From: Anaeramoeba ignava BMAN
Taxonomy: Eukaryota; Protista; Anaeramoebae
NCBI GenBank assembly: GCA_028826165.1
Contig: JAPDFW010000065.1
Span: 372,001 to 436,000 of the forward strand
Length of the DNA stretch: 64,000 nucleotides
Reading direction: 5' to 3'
Position 1 is the stretch's first letter; the number at the start of each line of letters is the position of its first letter. Below, piece by piece: positions 61,420 to 64,000 of this stretch. Under the pieces are notes generated by a model. It had not been told where the DNA came from, ran no database searches, and saw nothing but the letters and a program-made list of their open reading frames with translations. Position numbers and translations under genes: made by a program.

Positions 61420-63639
61420 TCATTTCTTTTTTCCACCTTTTTTTTGATTTGTTTGAGTTTGGTTTTTTTGATTGTTTCTTTGGTTTTTTTGATTTGGATT
61501 TTTTTGATTTGGATTTTTTTGATTTGGATTTTTTTGATTTGGATTTTTTTGATTTGGATTTTTTTGATTTGGATTTTGATTTGTTTGATTTCCTTTTCCT
61601 TTTCCTTTTCTCTTTCCTTTTCTTCCTTTTGGTTGTTCATCTTGTGTAACTTGTTGATTTTGTTGATTAGAAACTGAAATATCTGCATTTCCTTCAGTAA
61701 TTTTTTGAACATCTTTCATTAAAATATCATAATTTCCTGGAATAACACCAATTTCAAAAACATCTTTGATTTTGATTTTTATTTTGATTTTAATTTTAAT
61801 TTTGATTTTGATTTTGATTTTGATTTCGATTTTAATTTTAATTTTGATTTTCAATTTTGATTTGATTTTGATTTTGATTTTGATTTTGATTTTGATTTTA
61901 ATTTAAATTTTAATTTTAATTTTAATTTTGATTTTGAATTTTGATTTTGATTTTGATTTTGATTTTGATTTTGATTTTCAATTTTGATTTTGATTTTGAT
62001 TTTAATTTTAATTTTAATTTTGATTTAAATTTAAATTTTGATTTTAATTTTGATTTTGATTTTGAATTTTGATTTTGATTTTGAATTTAATTTTTGAATT
62101 TGATTTTAAATTTGATTTTAATTTCAATTTTGATTTTGATTTTGATTTTGATTTTAATTTGAATTTTGATTTTAATTTTAATTTTGATTTTGATTTTGAT
62201 TTAATTTTAATTTTGATTTTGATTTTGATTTTGATTTTGATTTAAATTTTAATTTTGATTTTGATTTTAATTTTAATTTTAATTTTGATTTAATTTTAAT
62301 TTTGATTTTGATTTTGATTTTGATTTTGATTTTGATTTTGATTTTGATTTTGATTTTCAATTTTGATTTTGATTTTGATTTAAATTTTGATTTTGATTTT
62401 AATTTAAATTTTGATTTAAGTTTTGATTTTGATTTTAATTTCAATTTTAATTTTAATTTTGATTTTGATTTTGATTTTGATTTTAATTTTGATTTTAATT
62501 TTGAATTTAATTTTGAATTTGATTTTGATTTTGAATTTTGATTTTGATTTTGATTTTAATTTTGATTTTGATTTTAATTTAAATTTTGATTTTGATTTTG
62601 ATTTTAATTTGAATTTTGATTTTAAATTTTGATTTTGATTTTGAATTTGATTTTGATTTTGATTTTCAATTTTAATTTTGATTTGATTTTGATTTAAATT
62701 TTGATTTTGATTTTAATTTTAATTTTGATTTTGATTTTGATTTTGATTTTGAATTTAATTTTTAAATTTGAATTACAATGACTTGGAGTATATTTTTCTC
62801 TATTAACAGTTGCCCTTTTAAAATTAATTAAAAAAAATAAAATCAAATCAATAAATTTTCAAAAAAGAATTATTTGAGAAAAAATAATTTACCATTTTCG
62901 AATAATTCCTTGTGATTGACCAAGATATTTATGAGGAATTTTCAATATTGCTTCAATTTCTACTTTTTTAACAGATAAAATTCCTGGAAGTTTTTTCAAT
63001 ATTTCTGTCATTTGTTCTTCAACAGGTTGATTCATATCAACATTAACTTTTGCATCTACAAGTGCATTTTCAATTCTTACAATCTTTTTTATAAAGAAAA
63101 TATTTTGGAAAATTCACAAATCCAAAAAAATTAATTGAAAATTTTTCAAAAAATTTGTTTTGAAATTAAGAATTAAAAATTTGAATAATTTAACGTTAAA
63201 TGTTTTGGAATAAATTCAACAAACAGGATGAGATTGGTTTGTTTTGGGATCAACAAAATATTTATGGATATAATTAATAATTTCTGCTTTTTTTTTATCA
63301 GTTTTTTCTTTTCTTTCATTTGAAGATAAATTAAGTTCTCCTTTATCTAAAATTGTAATAATACATGCATTTTTATCATCAGTTCCGAATGCTGAAATTA
63401 AATCTTGGTTTGATGCTTGAGTTAAAGCTCTATGATCAAGAAAAATCTAAAAAAAATTTTTTAAATTGAATTTTTTTAAATTGAATTTTTTTTAATTTAA
63501 AATTTACTGCATCTGATTCAAGAACATCATTTAATTTGCATTTATTATTTCTGTAATTTAAAACTGTTCCTGGTTTTGTTAAAATTTCAAATTTCTTTTT
63601 TTTAATTTTATAACGAACAATTTGATATTTTTCTGCCAT
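61420..63639 (-). CDS. SBDS: SBDS/Sdo1 ribosome maturation factor family; introns 63447-63507, 63084-63224, 62815-62892, 61764-62776
   Basis: IVRYK..KFEIL, DLISAFGTDD, ILDKGELNLSSNERK, VDPKTNQSHP|IVRIENAL, IPGNYD; all junctions in phase. Confidence 0.9.
61765..62765. repeat. (GATTTT/AATTTT)n microsatellite filling SBDS intron 4
   Basis: Direct inspection. Confidence 0.93.
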
Positions 63640-63715
63640 TTATTTTTAAATTTTTAAATTTTGAAAAGAAAAAAATGAAAAATGAAAAAATGAAAAAATT
63701 AAAAAAAATAAAAAA

Positions 63716-64000
63716 TTAATCCATTTTTTTTGTTAATCCAACTTTGCACATATTTGCAATCATTCCAGATAATTGAATTAAAGTTCCATTTCCATTAACA
63801 ATTCTAAGATGAGTATTTGAAATTATCCTCAAAAATTCAAGTAAAATTTGTTCATCAATTTCTAATTTTCTTGAAACTCTAAACATTGTATTAATAATAT
63901 CCGTTGCAGAATATCCTTCATTCCATAAAGATACAAGTAATTTTTGTGCTTCTTTTATATTTCCATTCGAACATTCTTTTGTGATTGATTCAACAACTCC
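63716..64000 (-). CDS. RFC2: Replication factor C small subunit (human RFC2/yeast Rfc4), 3' end
   Basis: Manual translation: LWNEGYSATDIINTMFRV..LEFLRIISNTHLRIVNGNGTLIQLSGMIA. Confidence 0.88.
   Translation of the reverse strand, partial: GVVESITKECSNGNIKEAQKLLVSLWNEGYSATDIINTMFRVSRKLEIDEQILLEFLRIISNTHLRIVNGNGTLIQLSGMIANMCKVGLTKKMD

Noticed and set aside
1-64000. tRNA/rRNA genes or an alternative genetic code
   Set aside because: No GC-rich structured RNA segments; intact conserved ORFs use TGG for Trp and end in TAA/TGA

Overview
Extremely AT-rich eukaryotic (protist) genomic DNA: gene-dense, standard genetic code, GT-AG spliceosomal introns, very short intergenic regions. The AT bias, BTB-family expansion, poly-NQ tracts and parabasalid-like TCA+1 initiator fit a metamonad such as Anaeramoeba (inference only). 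Housekeeping genes (PIGZ, UAP1, telobox Myb, WDR61, ENY2, RPA2-like, profilin, RNF5-like, folliculin, ELP1, PDI-like, SBDS, RFC2) are interleaved with nine intronless BTB-coiled coil-TLDc paralogues, an LRR-BTB-BTB gene, a tandem ARM-repeat pair and a ~2000-aa surface protein. The standout is the BTB-TLDc cluster. Four N-terminal BTB types and four TLDc types occur in mixed combinations joined through a shared conserved block. Paralogues sit as inverted pairs, and TLDc differences are almost all non-synonymous and focused on a few codons and loops, suggesting a diversified Cullin3 substrate-receptor repertoire. Four sequence-unrelated minisatellites all have ~143-146 bp units. Many single-base frameshifts in homopolymers are probably assembly errors. 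All alignments were done by eye.
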